A stretch of DNA of 64,000 bases from Squalus acanthias (GCA_030390025.1 JASTWF010000348.1:248001-312000), one strand, 5' to 3'; counted from the stretch's first letter, positions 1-10,816 are shown. Notes: generated from the sequence alone by a model not told the origin. Translations and numbers: made by a program.

Positions 1-3000
1 GGAGCTGGTATCTGAGAGTGGGACAGGCTGTGTGTTAGTGATGGAGGAGCTGGTATCTAAGAGTGGGACAGACTGTGTAGGCGATGGAGGAGCTGGTATC
101 TGAGAGTGGGACAGGCTGTGTGTGGCTGATAGAGGAGCTGGTATCTGAGAGTGGGACAGGCTGTGTGTGCGTGATGGAGGAGCTGGTATCTGAGAGTGGG
201 ACAGGCTGTGTGTTAGTGATGGAGGAGCTGGTATCTGAGAGTGGGACAGGCTGTGTGTGGGTGATGGAGGAGCTGGTATCTGAGAGTGCGACAGGCTGTG
301 TGTGGGTGATGGAGGAGCTGGTATCTGAGAGTGGGACAGGCTGTGTGTGGGTGACGGAGGAGCTGGTAACTGAGAGTGGGACAGGCTGTGTGTTAGTGAT
401 GGAGGAGCTGGTACCTGATAGTTAGACAGGCTGTGTGTGGGTGATGGTTGAGCTGGTATCTGAGAGTGGGACAGGCTGTGTGTGGGTGATGGAGGAGCTG
501 GTATCTGAGAGTGGGAAAGGCTGTGTGTTAGTGATGGAGGAGCTGGTATCTGAGAGTGGGACAGGCTGTGTGTTAGTGATGGAGGAGCTGGTATCTGAGA
601 GAGGGACAGGCTGTGTGTTAGTGATGGAGGAGCTGGTATCTGAGATTGAGACAGGCTGTGTGTGTTAGTGATGGAGGAGCTGGTATCTGAGAGTGGGACA
701 GGCTGTGTGTGGGTGATGGACGAGCTGGTATCTGAGAGTGGGACAGGCTGTGTGTGGGTGATGGACGAGCTGGTATCTGAGAGTGTGACAGGCTGTGTGT
801 GGGTGATGGACGAGCTGGTATCTGAGAGTGGGACAGGCTGTGTGTGGGTGATGGAGGAGCTGGTATCTGAGAGTGGGACAGGCTGTGTGGGTGATGGAGG
901 AGCTGGTAACTGAGAGTGGGACAGGCTGTGTGTGGGTGATGGAGGAGCTGGTATCAGAGAGTGGGACAGGCTGTGTGTTAGTGATGGAGGAGCTGGTATC
1001 GGAGAGTGGGACAGGCTGTGTGTGGGTGATGGAGGAGCTGGTATCTGAGAGTGGGACAGGCCGTGTGTGGGTGATGGAGGAGCTGGTATCTGAGAGTGGG
1101 ACAGGCTGTGTGTGGGAGATGAAGGAGCTGGTATCTGAGAGTGGGACAGGCTGTGTGTTAGTGATGGAGGAGCTGGTATCTGAGAGTGGGACAGGCTGTG
1201 TGTGGGTGATGGAGGTGCTGGTATCTGAGAGTGGGACATGCTGTGTGTTAGTGATGGAGGAGCTGGTATCTGAGAGTGGGACAGGCTGTGTGTGGGTGAT
1301 GGAGGAGCTGGTATCTGAGAGTGCGACAGGCTGTGTGTGGGTGATGGAGGAGCTGGTATCTGAGAGTGGGACAGGCTGTGTGTGGGTGATGGAGGAGCTG
1401 GTATCTGAGAGTGGGACAGGCTGTGTGTTAGAGATGGAGGAGCTGGTACCTGATAGTTAGACAGGCTGTGTGTGGGTGATGGTGGAGCTGGTATCTGAGA
1501 GTGGGACAGGCTGTGTGTGGGTGATGGAGGAGCTGGTATCTGAGAGTGGGACAGGCTGTCTGTTAGTGATGGAGGAGCTGGTATCTGAGAGTGGGACAGG
1601 CTGTGTGTTAGTGATGGAGGAGCTGGTATCTGAGAGTGGGACAGGCTGTGTGTTAGTGATGGAGGAGCTGGTATCTGAGATTGAGACAGGCTGTGTGTGT
1701 TAGTGATGGTGGAGCTGGTACCTGAGAGTGGGACAGGCTGTGTGTGGGTGATGGAGGAGCTGGTATCTGAGAGTGGGACAGGCTGTGTGTGGGTGATGGA
1801 CGAGCTGGTATCTGAGAGTGGGACAGACTGTGTGTGGGTGATGGAGGAGCTGGTATCTGAGAGTGGGACAGGCTGTGTGTTAGTGATGGAGGAGCTGGTA
1901 TCTGAGAGTGGGACAGGCTGTTTGTTGGTGATGGAGGAGCTGGTATCTGAGAGTGGGACAGGCTGTGTGTGGGTGATGGAGGAGCTGGTATCTGAGAGGG
2001 GGACAGGCTGTGTGTTAGTGATGGTGGAGCTGGTATCTGAGAGTGGGACAGGCTGTGTGTGGGTGATGGACGAGCTGGTATCTGAGAGTGGGACAGGCTG
2101 TGTGTTAGTGATGGAGGAGCTGGTATCTGAGAGTGGGATAGGCTGTGTGTGGGTGATGGAGGAGCTGGTATCTGAGTGTGGGACAGGCTGTGTGTGGGTG
2201 ATGAAGGAGCTGGTATCTGAGAGTTGGACAGACTGTGTTAGTGATGGAGGAGATGGTACCTGAGAGTGGGACAGGCTGTGTGTGGGTGATGGAGGAGCTG
2301 GTATCTGAGAGTGCGACAGGCTGTGTGTGTTAGTGATGGAGGAGCTGGTATCTGAGAGTGGGACAGGCTTTGTGTGGGTGATGGAGGAGCTGGTATCTGA
2401 GAGTGCGACAGGCTGTGTGTGTTAGTGATGGAGGAGCTGGTATCTGAGAGTGGGACAGGCTTTGTGTGGGTGATGGAGGAGCTGGTATCTGAGAGTGGGA
2501 CAGGCTGTGTGTTAGTGATGGAGGAGCTGGTATCTGAGAGTGGGACAGGCTGTGTGTGGGTGATGGAGGAGCTGGTATCTGAGAGTGGGACAGGCTGTGT
2601 GTGGGTGATGGAGGAGCTGGTATCTGAGAGTGGGACAGGCTGTGTGTGGGTGATGGAGGAGCTGGTATCTGAGAGTGGGACAGGCTGTGTGTGGGTGATG
2701 GAGGAGCTGGTATCTGAGAGTGGGACAGGATGTGTGTGGGTGATGGAGGAGCTGGTATCTGAGAGTGGGACAGGCTGTGTGTGGGTGATGGAGGAGCTGG
2801 TATCTGAGAGTGGGACAGGCTGTGTGTGGGTGATGGAGGTGCTGGTATCTGAGAGTGGGGACAGGCTGTGTGTTAGTGATGGAGGAGCTGGTATCTGAGC
2901 GTGGGACAGGCTGTGTGTGGGTGATGGAGGTGCTGGTATCTGAGAGTGGGACAGGCTGTGTGTGGGTGATGGAGGAGCTGGTATCTGAGAGTGGGACAGG

Positions 3001-4392
3001 CTGTGTGGGTGATGGAGGAGCTGGTATCTGAGAGTGGGACAGGCTGTGTGTTAGTGATGGAGGAGCTGGTATCTGAGATTGAGACAGGCTGTGTGTGTTA
3101 GTGATGGAGGAGCTGGTATCTGAGAGTGGGACAGGCTGTGTGTGGGTGATGGACGAGCTGGTATCTGAGAGTGGGACAGGCTGTGTGTGGGTGATGGACG
3201 AGCTGGTATCTGAGAGTGTGACAGGCTGTGTGTGGGTGATGGACGAGCTGGTATCTGAGAGTGGGACAGGCTGTGTGTGGGTGATGGAGGAGCTGGTGTC
3301 TGAGAGGGGGACAGGCTGTGTGTTAGTGATGGTGGAGCTGCTATCTGAGAGTGGGACAGGCTGTGTGTGGGTGATGGACGAGCTGGTATCTGAGAGTGGG
3401 ACAGGCTGTGTGTTAGTGATGGAGGAGCTGGTATCTGAGAGTGGGACAGGCTGTGTGTGGGTGATGGAGGAGCTGGTATCTGAGTGTGGGACAGGCTGTG
3501 TGTGGGTGATGAAGGAGCTGGTATCTGAGAGTGGGACAGGCTGTGTGTTAGTGATGGAGGAGCTGGTATCTGAGAGTGGGACAGGCTGTGTGTGGGTGAT
3601 GGAGGTGCTGGTATCTGAGAGTGGGACATGCTGTGTGTTAGTGATGGAGGAGCTGGTATCTGAGAGTGGGACAGGCTGTGTGTGGGTGATGGAGGAGCTG
3701 GTATCTGAGAGTGCGACAGGCTGTGTGTGGGTGATGAAGGAGCTGGTATCTGAGAGTGGGACAGGCTGTGTGTTAGTGATGGAGGAGCTGGTATCTGAGA
3801 GTGGGACAGGCTGTGTGTGGGTGATGGAGGTGCTGGTATCTGAGAGTGGGACATGCTGTGTGTTAGTGATGGAGGAGCTGGTATCTGAGAGTGGGACAGG
3901 CTGTGTGTGGGTGATGGAGGAGCTGGTATCTGAGAGTGCGACAGGCTGTGTGTGGGTGATGGAGGAGCTGGTATCTGAGAGTGGGACAGGCTGTGTGTGG
4001 GTGATGGAGGAGCTGGTATCTGAGAGTGGGACAGGCTGTGTGTTAGAGATGAGGAGCTGGTACCTGATAGTTAGACAGGCTGTGTGTGGGTGATGGTGGA
4101 GCTGGTATCTGAGAGTGGGACAGGCTGTGTTGTGGTGATGGAGGAGCTGGTATCTGAGAGTGGGACAGGCTGTGTGTTAGTGATGGAGGAGCTGGTATCT
4201 GAGAGTGGGACAGGCTGTGTGTTAGTGATGGAGGAGCTGGTATCTGAGAGTGGGACAGGCTGTGTGTTAGTGATGGAGGAGCTGGTATCTGAGATTGAGA
4301 CAGGCTGTGTGTGTTAGTGATGGAGGAGCTGGTACCTGAGAGTGGGACAGGCTGTGTGTGGGTGATGGAGGAGCTGGTATCTGAGAGTGGGA
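1..4392. repeat. 45-bp tandem repeat (minisatellite/satellite), ~97 copies visible, truncated by window start and gap
   Basis: Unit GGAGCTGGTATCTGAGAGTGGGACAGGCTGTGTGT(GG/TA)GTGATGGA; the ORF track shows a 15-aa period (MEELVSESGTGCVWV). Confidence 0.97.
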
Positions 4393-4592
4393 NNNNNNNN
4401 NNNNNNNNNNNNNNNNNNNNNNNNNNNNNNNNNNNNNNNNNNNNNNNNNNNNNNNNNNNNNNNNNNNNNNNNNNNNNNNNNNNNNNNNNNNNNNNNNNNN
4501 NNNNNNNNNNNNNNNNNNNNNNNNNNNNNNNNNNNNNNNNNNNNNNNNNNNNNNNNNNNNNNNNNNNNNNNNNNNNNNNNNNNNNNNNNNNN
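4393..4592. other. Assembly gap (200 N)
   Basis: Run of exactly 200 N, typical of a fixed-size scaffolding gap. Confidence 0.99.
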
Positions 4593-4799
4593 GGATGAGA
4601 TCCAAAGCCTCTTGGTTCTAAAGGTCTCTCTTCCTAAAACGCTGTAGTGATAAAACCGAGTGACAATCTGAAGACTGGGCGAAACCCAAGATGGCGGGCG
4701 TCGCCACGGTAATGAGGGTGACCGCCCGCTCGGCTTCGAGGTTAAGGGGCCCCCCTATTAACGCACGCTCGTTCTCTCCCCTTCCCCCTCCCGCTACAG

Positions 4800-4982
4800 G
4801 CCAAGGAACATTACAGCGCGGAGTCCCTGGCCCCGGACACCAACGAGGGCGCCAAGATCAGAGCCTCGGTCCGCATGACCCGTTACCTGGAGTCGTGGGG
4901 CGCCGCCAAGCCCTTCGCCCACCTCAACCACCGGGACAGCCTGCCCGTCGAGACCCCCACCATCAACAGGATCATGAACAGC
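4800..4982 (+). CDS. ADCY4: Group II adenylyl cyclase (ADCY4-like), internal exon A, C1b region
   Basis: Pyrimidine tract + CAG acceptor (AG 4798-4799), GTGAGT donor at 4983; 183 nt, phase 0/0; AKEHYSAESLAPDTNEGAKIRASVRMTRYLESWGAAKPFAHLNHRDSLPVETPTINRIMNS. MTRYLESWGAAKPFAHL is the ADCY2/4/7 C1b signature. Family is secure; the ADCY4 paralog call is less so. Confidence 0.92.
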
Positions 4983-5140
4983 GTGAGTTGGCCGAACGCA
5001 TCCACTTTCCACCCTTTGTAGGGGCCTCCCCAGTTGCCACCCTCCCTTTCCCAGAGAGTGTTGACGTAAGGAAAGAGGTTGGCATTTCTACAGCACCTCT
5101 CACCACCTCAGTGCGTCCCAAAACAGCCAACGACATCCTT

Positions 5141-5285
5141 TGAGTAATCACTGTTGTAATTGGGAAACACGGGAGCCAATGTAGCGCGCACAGCAAGCTC
5201 CCACAAACAGCAATGTGATGAATGAACAGATCCTCTGGGGTTTTTTTTAGTGATGTTGGTTGAGGGATAAATATTGGGCGCAGGA
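5141..5285 (-). mobile_element. tRNA-derived SINE, 3'/central part (partner of the head at 9031-9187)
   Basis: Reverse complement matches 10105-10235 of the + strand SINE (CCAATATTTATCCCTCAA...GCTGTTTGTGGGAGCTTGCTGTG). Confidence 0.8.
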
Positions 5286-5462
5286 TAATGTGGATAAATG
5301 CGAGGTTATCCACTTTGGTGGCAAAAACAGGAAGGCAGATTATTATCTGAACGGCAGTAGATTGGGAAAAGGGGAAGTGCAACGAGACCTGGGTGTCCTT
5401 GTGCACCAGTCGCTGAAGGTAAGCATGCAGGTGCAGCAGGCGGTGAAGAAGGCAAATGGTAT
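5286..5462 (+). mobile_element. CR1 LINE fragment (RT C-terminal region), left part, interrupted by the Penelope-like element
   Basis: Encodes NVDKCEVIHFGGKNRKADYYLNG...RDLGVLVHQSLKVSMQVQQAVKKANG; resumes at 8376. Confidence 0.92.
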
Positions 5463-6946
5463 AACAACAGAAAATGCTGGAAACACTCAGCAGGCCAGGC
5501 AGCATCCGTGGAGAGAGAAACAGAGTTAACGTTTCAGGTCGAAGACCTTTCATCAGAACTGGAAAAAGCTGGAGATGTAACAGATATTAAGCAGGTGCAG
5601 AGACAGGGGGGGGTGGTTTAGGAGGGGAGGAAGGAGTTGAAACAACATATTGTGCTTATGTAAGAGGCAGGAAAGATAAAATGTTGCAAATGGGAATGGC
5701 AAAATCATACAGCATGAAAAATGGGGGCAGGGATTATTGTCTGAAATTGTTGAACTCAATGTTAAGTCCGGAAGGCTGTAAAGTGCTGTTCCTCGAGCTT
5801 ACGTTGAGCTTCATTGGAACAATGTAAGAGGCCGAGGACGGTGATGTCAGAGTGGGAGTGGAGCGGAGAATTAAAGTGACAGGCCACCGGGAGCTCGGGG
5901 TCCCCCTTACGGACTGAACGGAGGTGTTCCGCAAAGCGGTCACCCAATCTGCGTTTGGTCTCCCCGATGTAGAGGAGACCGCATCGTGAGCAGCGAATAC
6001 AGTCTACTAAATTGCAGGAAGTACAAGTAAATCGCTGTTTCACCTGGAAGGGGTGTTTGGGGCCCTGGACAGTGGGAAGTGGGGAGGTATAAAGGCATGT
6101 GTTGCATCTCCTGCGCTTGCACGGGAAGGTGCCGGGCGAAGGGGAAGGGGTGCTGGGTGTGATTGACGAGTGGACTAGGGTGTCGCGGAGGGAGCGGTCC
6201 CTTCGGAATGCTGAAAGGGGAGGGGTGGGGAAGATGTGTTTGGTGGTGGGATCACGCTGGAGGTGGCGGAAATGGCGGAGGATGATTCGTTGAATGTGGA
6301 GGCTGGTGGGGTGAAAGGTGAGGACAAGAGGAACCCTATCGTGGTTCTGGGAGGGAGGGGAAGGGGTGAGAGCAGAAGTGCGGGAAATGGAACGGACACG
6401 GTCAAGGGCCATGTCAACCACGGTAGAGGGGAATCCTCGGTTGAGGAAAAAGGAAGACATGTCGGAAGCACTGGTATGGAAGGTGGCATCGTCAGAACAG
6501 ACGCGGCGGAGACGGAGAAACTGGGAGAATGAAATAGAGTCCTTACAGGAAGCGGGGTGGGAGGAAGTGTAGTCCAGGTAGCTGTGGGAGTCAGTGGGCT
6601 TGTAGTGAATGTTAGTCAATAACCTATCCCCAGAGATGGAGATGGAGAAGTCGAGGAAGGGAAGGGAAGAGTCAGAGATGGACCATGTGAAGGTGAGGGA
6701 AGGGTGGAAATTGAGAGTAAAGTGAATGAAATGTTCTAGTTCAGGTCAAGAGCAGGAGATGGCACCGATACAGTCATCGATGTACCGGAAAAAGAGGTGA
6801 GGGAGGGGACCTGAGTAGGACTGGAACAAAGAGTGTTCCACATATCCCACGAAAAGGCAGGCATAGCTAGGACCCATGCGGGTTCCCATAGCAACACCTT
6901 TAATTTGGAGGAAGTGACTGGAGTCAAAGGAGAAGTTGTTTAATGT
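5463..6946 (-). mobile_element. Penelope-like element (RT + GIY-YIG endonuclease), left arm, 5'-truncated and defective
   Basis: Minus-strand ORFs with RT motifs QIKGVAMGTRMGPSYA and RYIDD, the KPT thumb region, a CxxxRCxxC linker and GIY-YIG-like NLVDCIRC..CGLLYIGET..RFAEH. There is an in-frame stop near 6746 and a C-terminal deletion. Confidence 0.92.
5524..5560 (-). ncRNA. Minimal hammerhead ribozyme motif in PLE terminal region (left arm)
   Basis: Minus strand reads AGTT-CTGATGA-A-AGGTC(TTC)GACCT-GAAA-CG-TT-AACT: core boxes, stem II, stem I AGTT/AACT, palindromic AACGTT in place of stem III. Confidence 0.7.
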
Positions 6947-6947
6947 C

Positions 6948-8375
6948 ACATTAAACAACTTCTCCTTTGACTCCAGTCACTTCCTTTTTCTTTTTCCGGT
7001 ACATCGATGACTGTATCAGTGCCGTTTCCTGCTCTCGCCCTGAACTAGATAAGTTCATTCACTTTGCCTCCAATTTCCACCCTTCCCTCACCTTCACATG
7101 GTCCATCTCCGACTCTTCCCTTCCCTTCCTTGACTTCTGCGTCTCCATCTCTGGGGATAGGCTATCGACAAACATCCACTACAAGCCCACTGACTCCCAC
7201 AGCTACCTGGACTACACTTCCTCCCACCCCGCTTCCTGTAAGGACTCTATTTCATTCTCCCAGTTTCTCCGTCTCCGCCGCGTCTGTTCTGACGATGCCA
7301 CCTTCCATACCAGTGCTTCCGACATGTCTTCCTTTTTCCTCAACCGAGGATTCCCCTCTACCGTGGTTGACATGGCCCTTGACCGTGTCCGTTCCATTTC
7401 CCGCACTTCTGCTCTCACCCCTTCCCCTCCCTCCCAGAACCACGATAGGGTTCCTCTTGTCCTCACCTTTCACCCCACCAGCCTCCACATTCAACGAATC
7501 ATCCTCCGCCATTTCCGCCACCTCCAGCGTGATCCCACCACCAAACGCATCTTCCCCTCACCTCCCCTTTCAGCATTCCGCAGGGACCGCTCCCTCCGCG
7601 ACACCCTAGTCCACTCCTCAATCACCCCTAACAGCCCTTCTCCTTCGCCTGGCACCTTCCCGTGCAAGCGCAGGAGATGCAACACCTGCCCTTTTACCTC
7701 CTCCCTTCCCACTGTCCAGGGCCCCAAACACCCCTTCCAGGTGAAACAGCGATTTACTTGTACTTCTTGCAATTTAGTAGACTGTATTCGCTGCTCACGA
7801 TGCGGTCTCCTCTACATTGGGAAGACCAAACGCAGATTGGGTGACCGCTTTGCGGAACACCTCCGTTCAGTCCGTAAGGGTGACCCCGAGCTTCCGATGG
7901 CCTGTCACTTTAATTCTCCGCTTCACTCCCACTCTGACCTCACCGTCCTCGGCCTATTACATTGTTCCAATGAAGCTCAATGTAAGCTCGAGGAACAGCA
8001 CCTCATCTTTCGATTAGGCATTTTACAGCCTTCCGGACTCAACATCGAGTTCAACAATTTCAGACAATAATCCCTGCCCCCATTTTTCATGCTGTATGAT
8101 TTTGCCATTCCCATTTGCAACATTTTATCTTTCCTGCCTCTTACATAAGCACAGTATGATCTTTCAACTCCTTCCTCCCCTCCTAAACCCCCCGCAACTG
8201 TCTCTGCACCTGCTTAATATCTGTTACATCTCCAGCTTTTTCTCAGTTCTGATGAAGGGTCCCAGACCTGAAACGTTAACTCTGTTTCTCTCTCTACGGA
8301 TGCTGCCTGGCCTGCTGAGTGTTTCCAGCATTTTCTGCTGTTATTTCAGATTTCCAGCATCCGCAGTATTTTACT
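6948..8375 (+). mobile_element. Penelope-like element, right arm (inverted relative to left arm), with ~110-bp deletion in RT
   Basis: ORF 6967-8070 runs from RYIDD to the GIY-YIG C-terminus (..LQPSGLNIEF), followed by a 3' UTR; lacks the QIKGVAMG...PLPHL segment present in the left arm. Confidence 0.92.
8245..8281 (+). ncRNA. Minimal hammerhead ribozyme motif in PLE terminal region (right arm)
   Basis: AGTT-CTGATGA-A-GGGTC(CCA)GACCT-GAAA-CG-TT-AACT; same architecture as the left copy, with a different stem II loop. Confidence 0.68.
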
Positions 8376-9030
8376 AAGGCAAATGGTATGTTGGCCTTCA
8401 TAGCGAGAGGATTCGAGTACAGGAGCAGGGAGGTCTTGCTGCTGTTGTACAGGGCCTTGGTGAGACCACACCTTGAGTACTGTGTGCAGTTTTGGTCGCC
8501 TTATCTGAGGAAGGATGTTCTTGCCATGGAAGGAGTTCAGCGAAGATTCACCAGACTGATACCTGGGATGGCAGGAATGACGTATGAAGAGAGATTGGGT
8601 CGATTGGGCTTGTATTCGCTAGAGTTTAGAAGAATAAGAGGGGATCTCATTGAAACTTATAAAATCCTAACAGGACTAGACAGACTAGTTGCAGGAAGGA
8701 TGTTCCCGATGGCGGGGGAGTCCAGAACCAGGGGTCACAGTCTAAGGATAAGGGGTAAGCCATTTAGGACTGAGATGAGGAGGAATTTCTTCACCCAGAG
8801 AGTGGTGAACCTGTGGAATTCTCTACCACAGAAGGCAGTGGAGGCCAATTCATTAAATATGTTCAAGAAGGAGTTAGATATATTTCTTAAGGCTAAAGGT
8901 GTCAAGGGATATGGGGAGAAAGCAGGGACAGGGTACTGAATTTGGATGATCAGCCATGGTCTCATTAAATGGCGGAGCAGGTTCAAGGGTCGAATGGCCT
9001 ACTCCTGCTCCTATCTTCTATGATTCTATG
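8376..9030 (+). mobile_element. CR1 LINE 3' part with (TTCTATGA)n tail
   Basis: KANGMLAFIARGFEYRS...LVRPHLEYCVQFWSP...FFTQRVVNLWNSLP, then 3' UTR and octamer tail. Confidence 0.93.
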
Positions 9031-9187
9031 AAAGACGGCCCCTCCAGCAGTGCAGCGCTCCCTCAGTACGGGCACAGGGCATGTCGGCTCTGGGTTATGG
9101 GGCTCGAGTCTCCGGAGTAGGGACCCGAACCCATGACCTTCTGACTCAGAGGCGAGAGTGTGAGACCCACTGACCCACGGTTGACAC
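9031..9187 (-). mobile_element. tRNA-derived SINE 5' head
   Basis: Reverse complement has a tRNA-like head (CTCGCCTCTGAGTCAGAAGGTCATGGGTTCGGGTCCC) homologous to 9390-9457 and 9916-9999. Confidence 0.8.
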
Positions 9188-9389
9188 CTTGTGCTGGGGG
9201 TTGTGGCGGGGCGGGGGTGGGTGGAGTGGTGGGAGGGGGCCGGGGTGTGGGCCGGTTGCCCTCTGGTACCTCAATCCGTGCGCCCGTTCGCTCACCGCCG
9301 AGTCGGTGCGGGCTATTCCGACACGGGAGGCATTGCAGTCTGTTCTCTCCCCTTCAGTCAGCTGTGTCCCCTGTTCTCTCCCCTTGAAT

Positions 9390-10325
9390 GTCAGCTGTGA
9401 TTCAGTGGGTAGCACACTCGCCTCTGAGTCAGAAGGTTGTGGGTTCAAGTCCCACTCATGGCGGGACTGTCGTATGAGAAGAGATTGAGTAAACTAGGCC
9501 TGTATTCTCTTGAATTCAGCAGAATGAGAGGGGATCTCATTGAAGCATACAAAATTATTACAGGGCTTGATAGGGTGGATGCTGGGAGAATGTTTCCCTT
9601 GGCTGGGGAGTCTAGAACCAGGGGCCACAGCCTCAAGGTAAAGGGTAGGCCATTCAGGACTGAGATGAGAAGAAATTTCTTCACACAGAGGGTGGTGAAT
9701 CTTTGGAATTCTCTACCCCAGAGGGCTGTGGAGGCTCAGTCATTGGGTACATTCAAAACAGAAGTCGATTAGATTTCTGACTAGTAAGGGCATCAAGGGA
9801 TATGGCGATAGGGCCGGTGAATGGAGTTGAGGCAGAAGATCAGCCATGATCTCATTGAATGGCGGAGCAGGCTCGAAGGGCCGAATGGCCCACTCCTGCT
9901 CCTATTTCTTATGTTCCAGAGACTTGAGCACATAAAGCTAGGCCGACATTCCAGTGCGGCGCTGAGGGAGTGCGGCACTGTCGGATGGCGCCGTCTTTCG
10001 GATGAGACGTTAAACCGAGGCCCCGTCTGCTCTCTCTCGGGTGGACGTAAAAGATCCCATGGCTACTATTTCGAAGAAGAGCAGGGGGGAGTTATCCCCG
10101 GTGTCCTGGGGCCAATATTTATCCCTCAATCAACATCACAAAAACAGATTATCTGGTCATTATCACACTGCTGTTTGTGGGAGCTTGCTGTGCACAAATT
10201 GGCGGCCGCATTTCCCACATTACAACAGTGACTACACTTCAAAAAGTACTTCATTGGCTGTAAAGCGCTTTGGGACGTCCGGTGGTCGTGAAAGGCGCTG
10301 TATAAATGCAAGTCTGTCTTTCTTC
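9390..10325 (+). mobile_element. Full-length tRNA-derived SINE (probably DeuSINE-type), split by a CR1 insertion at 9458-9915
   Basis: A-box-like TCAGTGGGTAGC, B-box GGGTTCAAGTCCC (9441-9453), body resuming at 9916, L2-like 3' tail ...GTATAAATGCAAGTCT. Confidence 0.82.
9458..9915 (+). mobile_element. CR1 LINE 3' fragment inserted in SINE
   Basis: MAGLSYEKRL...RGDLIEAYKI...FFTQRVVNLWNSLP plus 3' UTR. Confidence 0.92.
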
Positions 10326-10654
10326 AAGAATCCGTAACCCTCGGTCACTTCTCCTATCTAGACAAGGGGGCACTGAGTAAAATTGTAACCCTTCCGCCCT
10401 TGCCTCACTACCCACCATCAGCTTACTCAGCACTTCCTGCTCTGTGTGTGGGGCTCAGTACCAATTGTCGAAGTTGAACTGTCTTGTTCTAAAAGGCCGA
10501 TGGCATACAGTACCTTTCTGCCCCTTCCCAACAAGACGTCCCCGCCCACCAGCTGGGATCAGCTCACCCAGCGCACGCCACATTCAAACCCCTGTGGCCT
10601 CCCGCCTATCAGACTCTGGAGCGGAGCAAAGTAACCGCACGTTACTGGACCAAT

Positions 10655-10804
10655 AACTAGATTGATTCCTGGGATGAGAGGGTTGTCCTATGAGGAGAGA
10701 TGGAGTAGATTGGGCCTATACTCTCTGGAGTTTAGAGGAATGAGAGGCGATCTTATTGAAGTACATACAATTCTTAAGACAGGGTAGATGCTGTTTCCCC
10801 TGCT
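10655..10804 (+). mobile_element. Degenerate CR1 fragment (continues at 12646-12922)
   Basis: GATTCCTGGGATGAGAGGGTTGTCCTATGAGGAGAGA...GAGAGGCGATCTTATTGAA matches other CR1 copies in the window. Confidence 0.8.
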
Positions 10805-10816
10805 TATAGAGTCATA

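Noticed and set aside
1..4392. Repetitive ORFs (MEELVSESGTGCVWV)n
   Set aside because: Product of a 45-bp tandem unit, broken by stops and indels, with no splice or domain support.
4691..5143. 150-aa ORF overlapping exon A as a standalone gene
   Set aside because: It is a different frame from the conserved adenylyl cyclase peptide; openness is explained by high GC.
6967..8070. Autonomous or domesticated RT/GIY-YIG gene
   Set aside because: 5'-truncated, missing part of the RT core, no ATG start, and the first GIY-YIG tyrosine position reads D.
9390..9457. tRNA gene-like sequence with A/B boxes
   Set aside because: It is the head of a SINE that continues at 9916, with homologous heads at 9120-9187 and 63083-63155; no complete cloverleaf is evident.
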